59,898 nucleotides of DNA from Actinomycetes bacterium (GCA_021827485.1 JAKAVM010000058.1:1-59898), one strand, 5' to 3'. Positions 25,805 to 36,751 are shown, counted from the first letter of the stretch. Numbers and translations are program-made. The notes: generated from the sequence alone by a model not told the origin.

Positions 25805-27458
25805 ATGAGATCTTGGCATAAGACAAGGGAAAATTATCCTGATAAGGAGATTAGTCTCGGAACATCTTCTAAACGTATGAGGTTCCTGGCACTCTTGGGA
25901 CTCATACTCGGCGCAATCGGAGGCATTACTGCCTATCTCGTAGTTCACCTAATCGGATTGATTAGTAATTTGGCATTGCTTCATCGAGTTGGCTTCAACC
26001 TTCCTAACCTTGACAACTTCCACCCGAACTGGATACTCATACCAGTAGCCCTGGCTGGTTCACTAATTGTTGTAGCTTTGGCTCAATGGTGCCCAATTAT
26101 TCGCGGCCATGGTATCCCTGAATCTTTGGAAGCTATTTTGTTCAGGCAGAGCAGAATTTCCCCTCGTTCAGCTCTCGCTAAACCAATCTCTTCGGCAATC
26201 GCGATGGGAACCGGCGGCCCTTTTGGAGCCGAAGGTCCTATTATCGTAACAGGAGCTTCTATCGGCTCTCTTATAGGCCAGCTTATTCCGGTCAGTCCGG
26301 CAGAACGTCGAATTCTTCTAGCAACTGGTGCAGCAGCAGGTATGGCTGGGGGTATTTGCCACTCCAATTGCCGCGGTGATCCTGGCATTTGAGCTTTTGC
26401 TGTTTGAGCGCTCTCTCAGAGCGCTACTTCCCTTGACCATTGCAACTTCGGTAGCAACCGCCTTGCACGAAGTCCTCTTAAGCTCCCACCCTCTGTTTCC
26501 GATACTTAAAGCGATCCGGCCCCCAGCGGCCCAACTGCCCCTCTTCGCCGTAATGGGCCTTGGAATTGGCATACTCGTGATAGTGCTAAATAAAGGACTT
26601 TTCCTATTTGAAGCAATATTTAGCCGTTTGCCTATCCCACAATGGTCCCATCCGCTTGTAGGCGCATTAGGCTATGCAGCAATTGGACTCGCAGTTCCAG
26701 GATCATTATCGGTGGGATATTGGGCAATCACTGATGCAGTAAATAATCGCTTTTTGCTTCCTGCAGCCGCTACTTTATTTTTTGCAAAAATGCTTTCGTG
26801 GTGGATTGGTCTCGGATCGAGTACTTCAGGGGGAACTCTTGCCCCGATGTTTTTAGTTGGAGCCACGATGGGCGAGATGATAGGAATTGGATTTGCCCAA
26901 CTATTCCCGCATGCCCACGTCCAACCGGGAGCGTTTGCTTTAGTCGGAATGGGAGCAACTTTCGGGGTTGGTGCCCGTGCGCTCTTAACCGGAGTGGTAT
27001 TTGCGGCAGAGGTAACAGGTGGCTTTCAATTCCTCTTACCGTTGCTTATTGCCACAGCAATAGCAGAGATTGTCGCTGAAATCGGCCTAAGTGAACGGAT
27101 TATGACCGACAAGTTATTCAGGAGGGGATATCGAGTCGACTTTGATTCTGAGACAAACCCCCTGCGTATGAGGGTGGCTTCGGCGGTTATGGACCCAATA
27201 GATAGCCCACCGACAGACATTATATCTTTCACAGATAGAACCGCCGTTAACGGGAGCGCTCCTAAAATCGACCACAGTTCATTCTTGGCGGACGCTCTAC
27301 CGTATCTTATGAATCCTGAGTGCTCGAGAGTCGAAGTTGTAGACGACGAAAGTGTGGTAGGTTATCTAACTCGCATTCATATTGACATTGAGCTACGCCG
27401 ACATGCTAGCGATGAAATCATCGAACCTGCAACTATCAAATGGAGCCGCTCCAAATAA
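25805..27458 (+). pseudogene. Chloride channel (ClC) protein split by a +1 frameshift in a G5 run (26348-26352)
   Basis: GHGIPE and GPFGAEGP in ORF1; FATPIAA and SGGTLAPMF in ORF2. Removing one G restores AAAGMAGVFATP. Confidence 0.85.
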
Positions 27459-27615
27459 ACTAGGTAATTTCAATACGCTGCAACTTTACGAGGCTTGTGA
27501 ATAAAGGGGGGGTGTGCGTGCAACAGACCTGTTCCTATAGAACACAATGTCGCACGAACAAATCATGCGACCTAGCCCGGAGACGAGACTACTAGATCAT
27601 TGAAGGGCTGAGGAA

Positions 27616-28068
27616 TTACTTCTCAACCTCGTTCTTAGCCCGCTCGGCCAATAATTTCGCCCATTTCAGCGCTTCCCGCGCTTTGGTGGTCGATACGAAG
27701 ACAACGCCATAGTGCGCTGCATCCTTGACATCAAGGAGACGAGCCAGGGTTGCAGAGAGCTTCTTCCCATCAGGTGTAGCAGTCCTGAGTAGATCTGTAG
27801 CGCCTCGGTGATCATCGCCTTTGTGGATCTGGTGTAGACGCGCTGCGCAGATGGCATCTGAGGCAGCAATTCCGGCAAGTACAGAAAGCCCGGCCGACAC
27901 CGACAGGAACTCCTCTCGCTCTGGCTCTTCGAGGACGAGTCCGGCAACCTCGACATAGGCGGCAGCGATGCGGGCGCGCTTACGCGACTCTTGTCTATTG
28001 GATACGACCGCGTGGGAACCTCCACTCACAATGCACCATCTTGGCTGCTCGCTGCGAGGAGTGGCCAT
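27616..28068 (-). CDS. HEPN-like protein
   Basis: AGIAASDAIC, H.G.DH..A..LL and K..AHYG; paired with the upstream MNT. Confidence 0.7.
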   Translation of the reverse strand: MATPRSEQPRWCIVSGGSHAVVSNRQESRKRARIAAAYVEVAGLVLEEPEREEFLSVSAGLSVLAGIAASDAICAARLHQIHKGDDHRGATDLLRTATPDGKKLSATLARLLDVKDAAHYGVVFVSTTKAREALKWAKLLAERAKNEVEK

Positions 28069-28083
28069 GTTAGCGGCTCGAGC

Positions 28084-28767
28084 TTACGGTGTGACATCAA
28101 TTCCGTCTCTTCGAATGTCACCGAATACACCGTCGTCGTCCTTGTGAGCCAGCCACTCTGCCCACGAAAGGTCAATTACATGGGCCGGGTTCCCAGTCCA
28201 CAAGTAGATACTATTCTTTAGCTTATCAATCTGACCAGACCACTTCTTGGCATCACTGATCGACCCTGGTGACGGTTCTGCCCACATTTGCGCAAGCGAG
28301 TCGCGCATCCGCCCCTGCTTCGGCGGCTTCGGATCGCCAGGGAAGGGAATGTGGACGAGAAGCACGTCAATGTCGCTGTGGACATCACCGTCTCTGCGCG
28401 CTAGAGATCCGAACACGATTGCAAGATGTGGTTTCGGCTTCCACCTGCCGAGTTCGGAGCGGATGCGATCAAAGAGTGCGGGGCGTAGTCCTGCAAGTAT
28501 CTCTGCGACCTCGGCCGCCAAGTGCTCGCGATTGAGTTCATGCACTCGGTTCCTGCCAAGCTCGCTAGCCTTGACGATCCCTTCATCAACGAGACGCGCC
28601 AAACATCGCCTGACACCAATCTCCGATCCCCGAATTGTGTGTTGAGCGATCTCCCCGGCGGTCATTGGGTGCCCGGCAACTGCTAGAGCAGCCAAAACTG
28701 GGCCGTCCAAAGTCGGCGTAACGGCTCTAGTCGGATCGGAAATATCCATAATCACAAAGTATAGCAT
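28084..28767 (-). CDS. wHTH-nucleotidyltransferase (MNT antitoxin-like)
   Basis: N-terminal HTH and VFGSLARRDG..HSDIDVLLV. Confidence 0.85.
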   Translation of the reverse strand: MLYFVIMDISDPTRAVTPTLDGPVLAALAVAGHPMTAGEIAQHTIRGSEIGVRRCLARLVDEGIVKASELGRNRVHELNREHLAAEVAEILAGLRPALFDRIRSELGRWKPKPHLAIVFGSLARRDGDVHSDIDVLLVHIPFPGDPKPPKQGRMRDSLAQMWAEPSPGSISDAKKWSGQIDKLKNSIYLWTGNPAHVIDLSWAEWLAHKDDDGVFGDIRRDGIDVTP

Positions 28768-28924
28768 ACTATCATATTAGATAGTAGCCTATATTATCCG
28801 ATACTCTCGTGAGAATTACCGTTGCCCGCATCGGACTCTTGAAATAAAATTACAGTGCCTATATCCTCTGTGTGAACGCCATACGTTATCGTAAACCCAA
28901 TTACTGGTCTTATTCACCACCTAG

Positions 28925-29413
28925 CTACTTTGGTCCGAGAGTAGCTAAAAGCTCCAGCATCCCGTCTATTACTTGATCTGGTGACGGAGGACATCCTCGG
29001 ATCGTCAAGTCAACAGGAAGGATTTCTTCGACAGCACCTATAATTATATCGTTATCGCCCAGAACCGCCCCATCGATAGCACAATCTCCAAGGGCAACAA
29101 CTTTACGAGGCTCGGGCATAGAGGAATACGCACGAAGTAAGGGCTCGCGCATCGTGCGAGTCACTGTGCCCGTAACTAGTAGGACATCTGCATGTCGAGG
29201 TGACGCAACAATCGAGAGGCCATAGCGTTGAAAGTCATAACAGGGACTTGATAAGAGCGATAACTCATGTTCACAACCATTACACGAACCTGCATCACAG
29301 TGACGAATTGACAAACTTTTCCGCATAGTTGGTTTATCTAAATCAATTAGTTTACGAACTTTACTTAGATCACGAATGAGTGTAAACATTACCGATCCAC
29401 ACACGCATAACAC
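28925..29413 (-). CDS. hyfI: Hydrogenase-4/Ehr small Fe-S subunit (NuoB-like)
   Basis: GSCNGCEHE, SPRHADVLLVTG, GDCA, GCPPSP. Confidence 0.88.
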   Translation of the reverse strand: MLCVCGSVMFTLIRDLSKVRKLIDLDKPTMRKSLSIRHCDAGSCNGCEHELSLLSSPCYDFQRYGLSIVASPRHADVLLVTGTVTRTMREPLLRAYSSMPEPRKVVALGDCAIDGAVLGDNDIIIGAVEEILPVDLTIRGCPPSPDQVIDGMLELLATLGPK

Positions 29414-30786
29414 AGTTCAAAGCTCTTATTTATCAGCGGAAAGTCTGGAAGCAGGTTTCCGACACTGCAACATGCAACTCCAGGCCAATTCGCATAGGAA
29501 GCGCTTCGCAAGTGCAATCGACCAATCGAAGCACCGTTGCTTTCCACTACACAAGTTGTTTGACCTCTTGCTCCTTCAACAATACCCACCCCGACAGGCG
29601 CTGGAACACCTGTTGGATCACAATTAGCTGGTGAAATCGGCCTCGACAAGAGCCCATCTAGAAGATCAAAAGTTTGCCATAACTCTTCGATTCTTTGTTC
29701 AAAGCGAGATTTGACGTCTCCATTTCCCTCTCGGGTTAGAACAGGCTGAAAATCATCGTAGGCAAGCCAATCGCACCCATTTCGAGCGTCTTGTATGATT
29801 CCACTTGCACGGGCGCAAGGTCCTACAATTCCAAGCTTCAACGCCTTTTCCCGGTTCAAAATACCCACCCCTTGCAGTCTATCTTGAAACGATGAGTTGA
29901 AAGTAAGTTCGCGCCAATGACTTTCTACAGATGTTCTCATCTCAGACAGAAGGCCACTTAGCACTTCGAGTTCTTGCGAATCAACACTTATCGAGCTTGC
30001 CCCGACCCTAATGCTACCCGCAAGAAATCGGTGACCCGATACTTTATTATTTATTTGTCGAGCTTGCTCAACTAAATAGCAAAATGCCGCATTCCCGACA
30101 GCCATCCCAACACCTGCACAACCTTGAGCTAGATCGTTGAGATGATTCCAGAGACGCTCTAGCTCCAATAGGATCGTCCGTACTCTGCGAAGCTCCATTG
30201 AAGGCCTTAGCCCCAAGATAACTTCGCAAGCATGGGCATAAGACAAGCCATTAGCAACTGAGCAAGCCATACACGCACGCTTGACGTACTCGATTCCAGA
30301 AGTTAGGTCCTTCGTCTCGCTAGCTTTTTCTAGGCCACGGTGTTTATAGAATAACCGTGTATCTAGGTGAAGAATTCGATCTCCTACAACGTGAAATCGA
30401 AAGTGACCAGATTCAATTATCCCTGCGTGTGTAGGGCCAACTGCAACTTGGTACACGTCGCCCCCAGTGGTTGCCACCGTCCACTTCTCCAACCGTGAAT
30501 CATGGTTGACAAGTGGTCTCAACGGTTCATGACCCTCAAATACAATGCCATAAAGATCGTGAGCTTCCCTCTCGTCCCATTGAGCTGCTGGCACTATATC
30601 GACAATCGATGGAACCTTTGCATCAACAACCTCACAAAGTTCCAACATAGCCTTTCCAGATTGGTCTACAAATACGGAAGCTACACTTTGGCCTTGGCCA
30701 GTGCCATAGAGCCCGGCGAATCGCATGCTATTACCAATTAGATATTCAACTCTTTCACGGTACGTAGATACCTTTGTATTACTCAT
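29389..30786 (-). CDS. hycE: Hydrogenase-4/Ehr large subunit (NuoC/D-like)
   Basis: WDEREAHDLYG, GP.HAGIIESGHFRF, YKHRG.EK, RACMAC, INKSFELCYACVDR. Confidence 0.88.
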   Translation of the reverse strand: MSNTKVSTYRERVEYLIGNSMRFAGLYGTGQGQSVASVFVDQSGKAMLELCEVVDAKVPSIVDIVPAAQWDEREAHDLYGIVFEGHEPLRPLVNHDSRLEKWTVATTGGDVYQVAVGPTHAGIIESGHFRFHVVGDRILHLDTRLFYKHRGLEKASETKDLTSGIEYVKRACMACSVANGLSYAHACEVILGLRPSMELRRVRTILLELERLWNHLNDLAQGCAGVGMAVGNAAFCYLVEQARQINNKVSGHRFLAGSIRVGASSISVDSQELEVLSGLLSEMRTSVESHWRELTFNSSFQDRLQGVGILNREKALKLGIVGPCARASGIIQDARNGCDWLAYDDFQPVLTREGNGDVKSRFEQRIEELWQTFDLLDGLLSRPISPANCDPTGVPAPVGVGIVEGARGQTTCVVESNGASIGRLHLRSASYANWPGVACCSVGNLLPDFPLINKSFELCYACVDR

Positions 30787-30792
30787 CTGGCA

Positions 30793-32271
30793 TCAACGCA
30801 TCCTATAGATTATATCGTGTACTAATATACTAGATGGCAAGAAGAAGGCAATATAAGTGAGACCAAGCAATAACCCTAGGGATACAATCCCAGTCCGAAA
30901 TACTCCTGCCACCCGTACTTTAACTAAACTCTCCGCGTTGTGATGATGGCTATCACCAGTGATAATTGTTAGAAATGCCTGTATAAGGCCGATAAATCCG
31001 AAAGCCAGTAGTAATGCGGCGATTGAAGCAACTACGCCATGGCCAGTCTCAAACCCTCCCGCCATGATAAGCAGCTCACTTGCAAAAAGTGGAAGGGGGG
31101 GAAGCCCACTAAGAGTTGCAAGCGATATGCCCATAGACGCACCAAGCTTTGGACAGCTGCGCCCAATCCCACTTGGACAATGTTTCGAAGAGCGTGGATC
31201 ATGGGCAAGCAGTGGAGTTGCAGAATAAAATCCAAGCGATTTTGCAATCGCATGTCCTACAATATGAATAACCACACCGGCGAGCGCTAATGGTCCTCCA
31301 AAACCAATACCGAGTGCCAATATACCCATATGTTCTAAACTTGAATAGGCGAGCAGGCGCTTCCAAGGCAGTGGTTGCCATAGGAAAGGTACGGCGATTG
31401 TCAATGAAACAAGTCCGAATGCGATAAGGACTTCGTGAACGGCTTTAGTACCAATGACATAACTCACAGCAGCACTAAATCTCCATGCAACTAATAAGAC
31501 TGAAGGCAAAAGTGCAGCTGATAGCAGACCGGAGATGGGAGGAGAGGCCTCTGAGTGCGCATCAGGTAACCAGTTGTGGACCGGAGCCCACCCAATCTTG
31601 CTGGCGAATCCCACCAAGACCAAAACGAAAGCGATAAGCGCGTCGCTATGACTTGTTCGAAAAGTCCCGAGCGCTTTCCAAGTCAGTCCCCCAAGACCTC
31701 CACCGTGTGAGCTATCAGCGAGTAAGGCGATGCCTAAAAGTGCAACACCCATGCCTACTGATGTGAGGATTAGATACTTCCAAGCTGCCTCCAACGCGCG
31801 TCGTTTGCCGCTAAAACCAACCAACAAAGCAGACGTTGCAGTCGTTCCTTCAACTAGGAGCCAGGCAGCTCCAATGTTGCCAGCCAATGGAACCGCATAA
31901 AGCATCGCCAAGAATATGAACAAGATACAGAAAAAGACTCTATCTCTATTGCCAAGCGTGACAACACTAGAGCTAGTATCTCGAAGATATGAAGGGCTAA
32001 GCAAGATACTTGCCGTCCCAACTGCTCCAATAATAGCGACAAAAAGCCCCGCTAGTGGGTCCAGAATCAGCCACTTCCCCACCAACTCGGTCTTAGGGTG
32101 ACATAGCAGCGATATTGAAAGAAACATAGCGGTCAGACCCGATAAAAATGCGCCTATACGTGAAGTACTTGGAATTGCCTGAGTGGGAAGGACAATAATT
32201 ACCATTGCAAACAGCAAAGGCACACCTAAGACCAGATACGAGAGTACCAAATTACTAATCACGTAAGTCAC
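30793..32271 (-). CDS. hyfF: Proton-translocating membrane subunit (HyfF-like)
   Basis: ALEAAWKY, K.G.AP.H.WLPDAHSEA, KRLLAYSSLEHMG. Confidence 0.88.
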   Translation of the reverse strand: MTYVISNLVLSYLVLGVPLLFAMVIIVLPTQAIPSTSRIGAFLSGLTAMFLSISLLCHPKTELVGKWLILDPLAGLFVAIIGAVGTASILLSPSYLRDTSSSVVTLGNRDRVFFCILFIFLAMLYAVPLAGNIGAAWLLVEGTTATSALLVGFSGKRRALEAAWKYLILTSVGMGVALLGIALLADSSHGGGLGGLTWKALGTFRTSHSDALIAFVLVLVGFASKIGWAPVHNWLPDAHSEASPPISGLLSAALLPSVLLVAWRFSAAVSYVIGTKAVHEVLIAFGLVSLTIAVPFLWQPLPWKRLLAYSSLEHMGILALGIGFGGPLALAGVVIHIVGHAIAKSLGFYSATPLLAHDPRSSKHCPSGIGRSCPKLGASMGISLATLSGLPPLPLFASELLIMAGGFETGHGVVASIAALLLAFGFIGLIQAFLTIITGDSHHHNAESLVKVRVAGVFRTGIVSLGLLLGLTYIAFFLPSSILVHDIIYRMR

Positions 32272-32938
32272 TCAACATTGAGATATCACCCGCCCCAAAC
32301 TCCGCGAAAATTCGATCGTGAAAAACAGATGCGACAACCGCAATAAGGGATAGATCTAGAGTAACTCCTAATTCGATAATCAACGATGATCCATTCGTCA
32401 GTCCGAGAGCGGCTAACGCTAATCCATTTTCAACAAAAATTATCCCAAGTATTTGGAATAATGTAGCTCTTCGTGTCGCAGCCATTACCATTCCAAAACC
32501 GACAAGTGAAAGTGACACCTGAGTGATGCCCATTCTGCTTTTATTCGCTATTGGAACCAACCACACCAGTAAGAGAGCCATCGCAACAGCAATGCCACAA
32601 CGAATAGCTGGAGGGACCGACGCGCGGACTGGTCGAGTTTCGCGCGTACGACTAACCAGCAACACAAGTAGAGTAGCTAAAGCTACTGCCCTAATGCCAA
32701 GCGCTGCAGCGGCTATCGCTTCGTTTATCGACTGGGCTTGATATATCGCAATTCCGGCCAAGGCCAAAGCCTGACCTGTGGCTAAAGTAACCGCTGTTGA
32801 CCGACGTCTCACTGCAATAACACCGAGGCCGAAACCAACCATCAACCATTCAGCCAGTCCTATCATCGACCGTCCACCAGCCAATATGAGACTATTGCTA
32901 GCAATACCTTCGTGCTCATAGGGCCATTTTCCAAGCAA
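32255..32938 (-). CDS. hyfE: Hydrogenase-4 membrane subunit E-like (start likely internal MIGL)
   Basis: Hydrophobic, with QILG...ENG and IELGV..D; operon position. Confidence 0.75.
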   Translation of the reverse strand: MLGKWPYEHEGIASNSLILAGGRSMIGLAEWLMVGFGLGVIAVRRRSTAVTLATGQALALAGIAIYQAQSINEAIAAAALGIRAVALATLLVLLVSRTRETRPVRASVPPAIRCGIAVAMALLLVWLVPIANKSRMGITQVSLSLVGFGMVMAATRRATLFQILGIIFVENGLALAALGLTNGSSLIIELGVTLDLSLIAVVASVFHDRIFAEFGAGDISMLSDLRD

Positions 32939-33839
32939 CGATCGCCATCAATGCGGTCAGCGTTCCAATACCTAACAACCTAGGTACAACAAGTACTCGC
33001 ATCTTTACAATGACTGTCTCAATGGTTGCTATCACGATACATAGGATGATCAGCTCAACCGGTAAGGCAACAAGCTGTAAAAGTGTACTTTTGGCATGTG
33101 GCAGAAATACTTCAACCATTAGAGTAAGCACTACCCAGTGGCGAGCTGACGCATTCCACTGCAAGTAAGCCAGGTCGCGACCCGCATATTCTAGAAGCGG
33201 TCCTTCATGAATCATTGTTAGTTCCAGGTGAGTGTCCGGATTATCAATCGGCTGCCTACCTACTTCTGCCAGGGCAACGAGGCAAAAAGCCATCAGTGCA
33301 AGCGGCAAGACAGGGCTGGCCCAATCACCTCCGCCAGCACTAGATTGAATGATGACCCGAAGATCACTACTCCCACTTTCCAAGGCACACGCAGTCAGAG
33401 AGAGTACAAGGGCTGCCTCGGCAAAGATTGAGATCGTCCCATCTCGACTCGCCCCCATCAAGCCAAAGCCATTTTGAGTATCCCAAGCAGCGCCAATCAT
33501 AAAAAATCGCCCTAGAGCAATAATGCCGACTAGCAAAAAGGCATCGTGGCCAATCCCCCAGGACGGCGAAACATTTGAAATCGGCACAATTAGAACTGCC
33601 ATCACCATAACCGCGCAAGCAATCGAAGGGGCTAACTGATAAATAAAGGTGGTACCTTCAACCTTTACCGTGCTCTTACCCCATAAACGTCGAAGCTCTC
33701 TATAGGGCTGAAAAATATCAGGTCCTTGGCGCCCCTGAAGTATTGCTTTCACTTTCTGAATCAACCCTGGAAGAAGTGGACAGAGTAAGATTCCACCTAC
33801 GAGCTGTATTATGCCCGATATCACTGAATAGCTGCTCAT
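32916..33839 (-). CDS. hyfC: NuoH-like membrane subunit (HyfC/HycD)
   Basis: QGRQGP...QPY, GASR, PIDNPDTHLELTMIHE. Confidence 0.88.
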   Translation of the reverse strand: MSSYSVISGIIQLVGGILLCPLLPGLIQKVKAILQGRQGPDIFQPYRELRRLWGKSTVKVEGTTFIYQLAPSIACAVMVMAVLIVPISNVSPSWGIGHDAFLLVGIIALGRFFMIGAAWDTQNGFGLMGASRDGTISIFAEAALVLSLTACALESGSSDLRVIIQSSAGGGDWASPVLPLALMAFCLVALAEVGRQPIDNPDTHLELTMIHEGPLLEYAGRDLAYLQWNASARHWVVLTLMVEVFLPHAKSTLLQLVALPVELIILCIVIATIETVIVKMRVLVVPRLLGIGTLTALMAIVAWKMAL

Positions 33840-35785
33840 CGTACTAAACCAACATGGACCGCTAAGAGGGCTGCTAGTACAAGACCAATCAAATAGAAAA
33901 CGTAAGTGCTTAGACTTCCACTTTGCATGCGCCTCATAGTATTAGCAACCGCGAGCATCAATCGATGGATGGGAGCATAAATATGTGTTTCAAAGTGGTG
34001 GGGAAGATGGCCAGAATAGGCTACTTTTTGTGTGATGCTTCCCCGTTCGCTAAACGCTATCTCTCTCGTTGGTCGTAATATCGTCTCAAGAGTCATTTTC
34101 AATGGCTTGCTAAAACCAGCACTTGTCCACCTAAGGCGTGGTGATTGGTCTTGTCCACAAATCCATGTTGGCGCTAATTCAGCGCTGGAATGACCCCTCA
34201 GCAACAAGAAGATAGCAGTTAAACACGCTAACACCCCCACGATCCACAGAGTTGGCAGAGAACCCGTCGTTGGCAAATGAAGTTCGAGACGCGACCTAAC
34301 CTCTAAGTTCCAAGGAGCAATTGAAGCCATTCTTGTGAAAACAACGCCGGGAATAGCACCTAGAATTACGCAACAAAGCGCCAAAAATCCTACCGAAATA
34401 TCCATTGATCTTGAAGGCAGCCTGGATGCTGGTGGGTCGTGGGTGCGCGCACTCCCTAGCAGCACAAGACCAATGACCTTCACAAAACAAAATACTGCAA
34501 GTGCAGCGGTTGTTGCCAACAATGCTAAAGCAATCGCTCCACTTATCGAATCGATAAAACTCCCAAAACGAGATAGATGAACTAGAGACTGAATTGTTAA
34601 CCACTCCGAGGCAAATCCGTTCAAAGGCGGTAAGCCAGCTATTGCCATAGATCCAACCAAGAAGCACCCACCAGCAATCGGAAGACGGCGTAATAAACCT
34701 CCAAGATGATCTATATTTAGCGCACCTATATAACGTTCAAAAGTGCCAGCCCCCATGAAAAGGAGTGATTTGAAAATTGCGTGGTTCATTGAGTGAAAAA
34801 GAGCCGCACCGAGAGCAAACGATGCCCACAACATTTCAGAGTTTGAACGTAACAATAAACACGCCCCGATACCCAAGGTGATAATCCCAATATTTTCAAT
34901 TGAGTGCATTGCGAGGAGCCTCTTGAGTTCGTGTTCAAAAATTGCGTATGTAACACCTGCGACAGATGAAAGTGCGCCAAGCGCTAGTACAAGAATGCCT
35001 ATCCAAGTTGGTAGCGGTCCGATCCAATCGATCAATATACGGATGAGGAGGTAGATACTTATCTTGATCATTACTCCGCTCATTAGAGCCGACACTGGCG
35101 CTGGAGCTATTGGATGAGCACGTGGCAGCCATATATGGAAAGGCATTAATCCTGCTTTGGTACCAAGACCAACAAGCGCGGCTAGCGCAACAGCAATCTG
35201 TAAAGCAGATCCACTTTGCATGACAACGTGGCCGCCAATTGCACCTGCATGTGCCATTAATAAAATCGCAATCCAGGTTCCCGCCCCACCGATATGAGTT
35301 ACCCCCAAGTACACCCATACAGATCTACGAGCTTTTGCTTCCCGATCATGAGCTACCAAAATCATTGCGGCGGGAATCACGGTCATCAGCTCCCAACCTC
35401 CAAGTAGTGATACCGGATCACGGGCACAGATCACCATAATTAGAGCCAATATGAAAGCACAATTCATTACGACAATCGCACGTGAACGAATAGAACTGTC
35501 GTAATAACCCTTAGAAAAGATAAGTACGGGAGTAGCTACGATGGATAACATGGCCAAGAACAAACCACTGAGAGGATCAACCCCAAATCTTGGATGAAAA
35601 GCATTCGTAAAACTGGCACCAGTTGAACTACCAGTTGCAAATATTGCTAAACCAGCTACTCCGATTCCAAACGAACCTAAGGCTTGAATCGACAATGGTA
35701 ACCGAAGGAAAGGTAAATAAAATCCGGATATACCGCCGAGTCCAAGAACAGCAATACTTATGCCAACAAGCGCTCCAAAGCTCAT
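33836..35785 (-). CDS. hyfB: Antiporter-like membrane subunit (HyfB/HycC)
   Basis: KAGLMPFHIWLPRAHP.AP..VSALMSG, KRLLA.HS.EN.G, PPLNGFASEW. Confidence 0.9.
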   Translation of the reverse strand: MSFGALVGISIAVLGLGGISGFYLPFLRLPLSIQALGSFGIGVAGLAIFATGSSTGASFTNAFHPRFGVDPLSGLFLAMLSIVATPVLIFSKGYYDSSIRSRAIVVMNCAFILALIMVICARDPVSLLGGWELMTVIPAAMILVAHDREAKARRSVWVYLGVTHIGGAGTWIAILLMAHAGAIGGHVVMQSGSALQIAVALAALVGLGTKAGLMPFHIWLPRAHPIAPAPVSALMSGVMIKISIYLLIRILIDWIGPLPTWIGILVLALGALSSVAGVTYAIFEHELKRLLAMHSIENIGIITLGIGACLLLRSNSEMLWASFALGAALFHSMNHAIFKSLLFMGAGTFERYIGALNIDHLGGLLRRLPIAGGCFLVGSMAIAGLPPLNGFASEWLTIQSLVHLSRFGSFIDSISGAIALALLATTAALAVFCFVKVIGLVLLGSARTHDPPASRLPSRSMDISVGFLALCCVILGAIPGVVFTRMASIAPWNLEVRSRLELHLPTTGSLPTLWIVGVLACLTAIFLLLRGHSSAELAPTWICGQDQSPRLRWTSAGFSKPLKMTLETILRPTREIAFSERGSITQKVAYSGHLPHHFETHIYAPIHRLMLAVANTMRRMQSGSLSTYVFYLIGLVLAALLAVHVGLVR

Positions 35786-36117
35786 TAACTATCGAGTTCT
35801 CCGAGCAAGCTCTGTTGATCCGATAGGTTTGCTGCTACAATATCTCGCCCGGCGGCGAGCAAGTCAAACACCCTTTTATTCGCTACACGATAGAATACAG
35901 TGGTGCCTTCTTTGCGTGAATCAACCATTCCGATTCTGCGCAACGCTTGAAGGTGTTGCGAGGTGCTACCAGAGTCTAAGTCAAGTTCGGCCTGCAAGGA
36001 GCCAACCGACAGCTCTCCTTCACGCAACAACTCAAGAATCCTTACCCTGGCTGGATGGCCTAGTACCCGAAAAAGCGTGGCTTTTACTTGATAGATCGGC
36101 CCTGAAAACGGTGACAT
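35785..36117 (-). CDS. ArsR/SmtB regulator heading the hydrogenase-like operon (Rv0081-like)
   Basis: PIYQVKATLFRVLGHPARVRILELL and SQHL..LR. Confidence 0.9.
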   Translation of the reverse strand: MSPFSGPIYQVKATLFRVLGHPARVRILELLREGELSVGSLQAELDLDSGSTSQHLQALRRIGMVDSRKEGTTVFYRVANKRVFDLLAAGRDIVAANLSDQQSLLGELDS

Positions 36118-36199
36118 AAGTGCGAGCTTATCTTAGAATACTCCAAGATTGCAAGATTCAAACTAAGGAAGATTCTTCCGCCAATGTTAGACTCAAAAA

Positions 36200-36751
36200 A
36201 TGTCTGAAACCCTAACGAGATACACAGCCATTGCAGATGATTTTGAAGGCCGTCTACTGGGTATATCTGACCAAAAATGGTCAGCTAAGTCTCCTTGTGA
36301 AGATTGGTGCGCTCGCGATATAGCTGTTCATGTAATCAATGTTCATCGAGCAGTAAATGCCTCCCTTGAAGGCTCTACCCCTGAAAACATCAATTCGGAC
36401 ACTCCAGATTTGATCTCCAACTGGAAAGAGGCCAGAGAGTCCATCTCTTCGAGCCTGGCCGATCCACAGTTAGCATCGAAAACTATAAGCGGTATGTTTG
36501 GTGAGCAACCTTTTGAGTCGCTAGTAAGCCGGCTGTTATGTACTGATACTCTCGTCCATACGTGGGATATTGCAAGAGCTACTGGCCAAGATGAGAAATT
36601 AGATTCAGATGCAGTAACCAAAGCATTTGAGTTCTTGCTGCCGATAGACGAGGCAATTCGCAGGCCTGGCGGCTTTGCACCCAAAATTGAACCTGCTCCA
36701 GACAGTGACGAGCAAACTAGGTTTCTTAATTTCTGTGGGCGTACAGTTTAG
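36200..36751 (+). CDS. TIGR03086-like / MDMPI (DinB superfamily) metal-binding protein
   Basis: SPCEDW..RD...HV and LVHTWDIARATGQD. Confidence 0.85.
   Translation: MSETLTRYTAIADDFEGRLLGISDQKWSAKSPCEDWCARDIAVHVINVHRAVNASLEGSTPENINSDTPDLISNWKEARESISSSLADPQLASKTISGMFGEQPFESLVSRLLCTDTLVHTWDIARATGQDEKLDSDAVTKAFEFLLPIDEAIRRPGGFAPKIEPAPDSDEQTRFLNFCGRTV

Noticed and set aside
27521-27570. Second SOS box
   Set aside because: Palindromic bits (AACAG-AC-CTGTT) do not fit GAAC-N4-GTTC.
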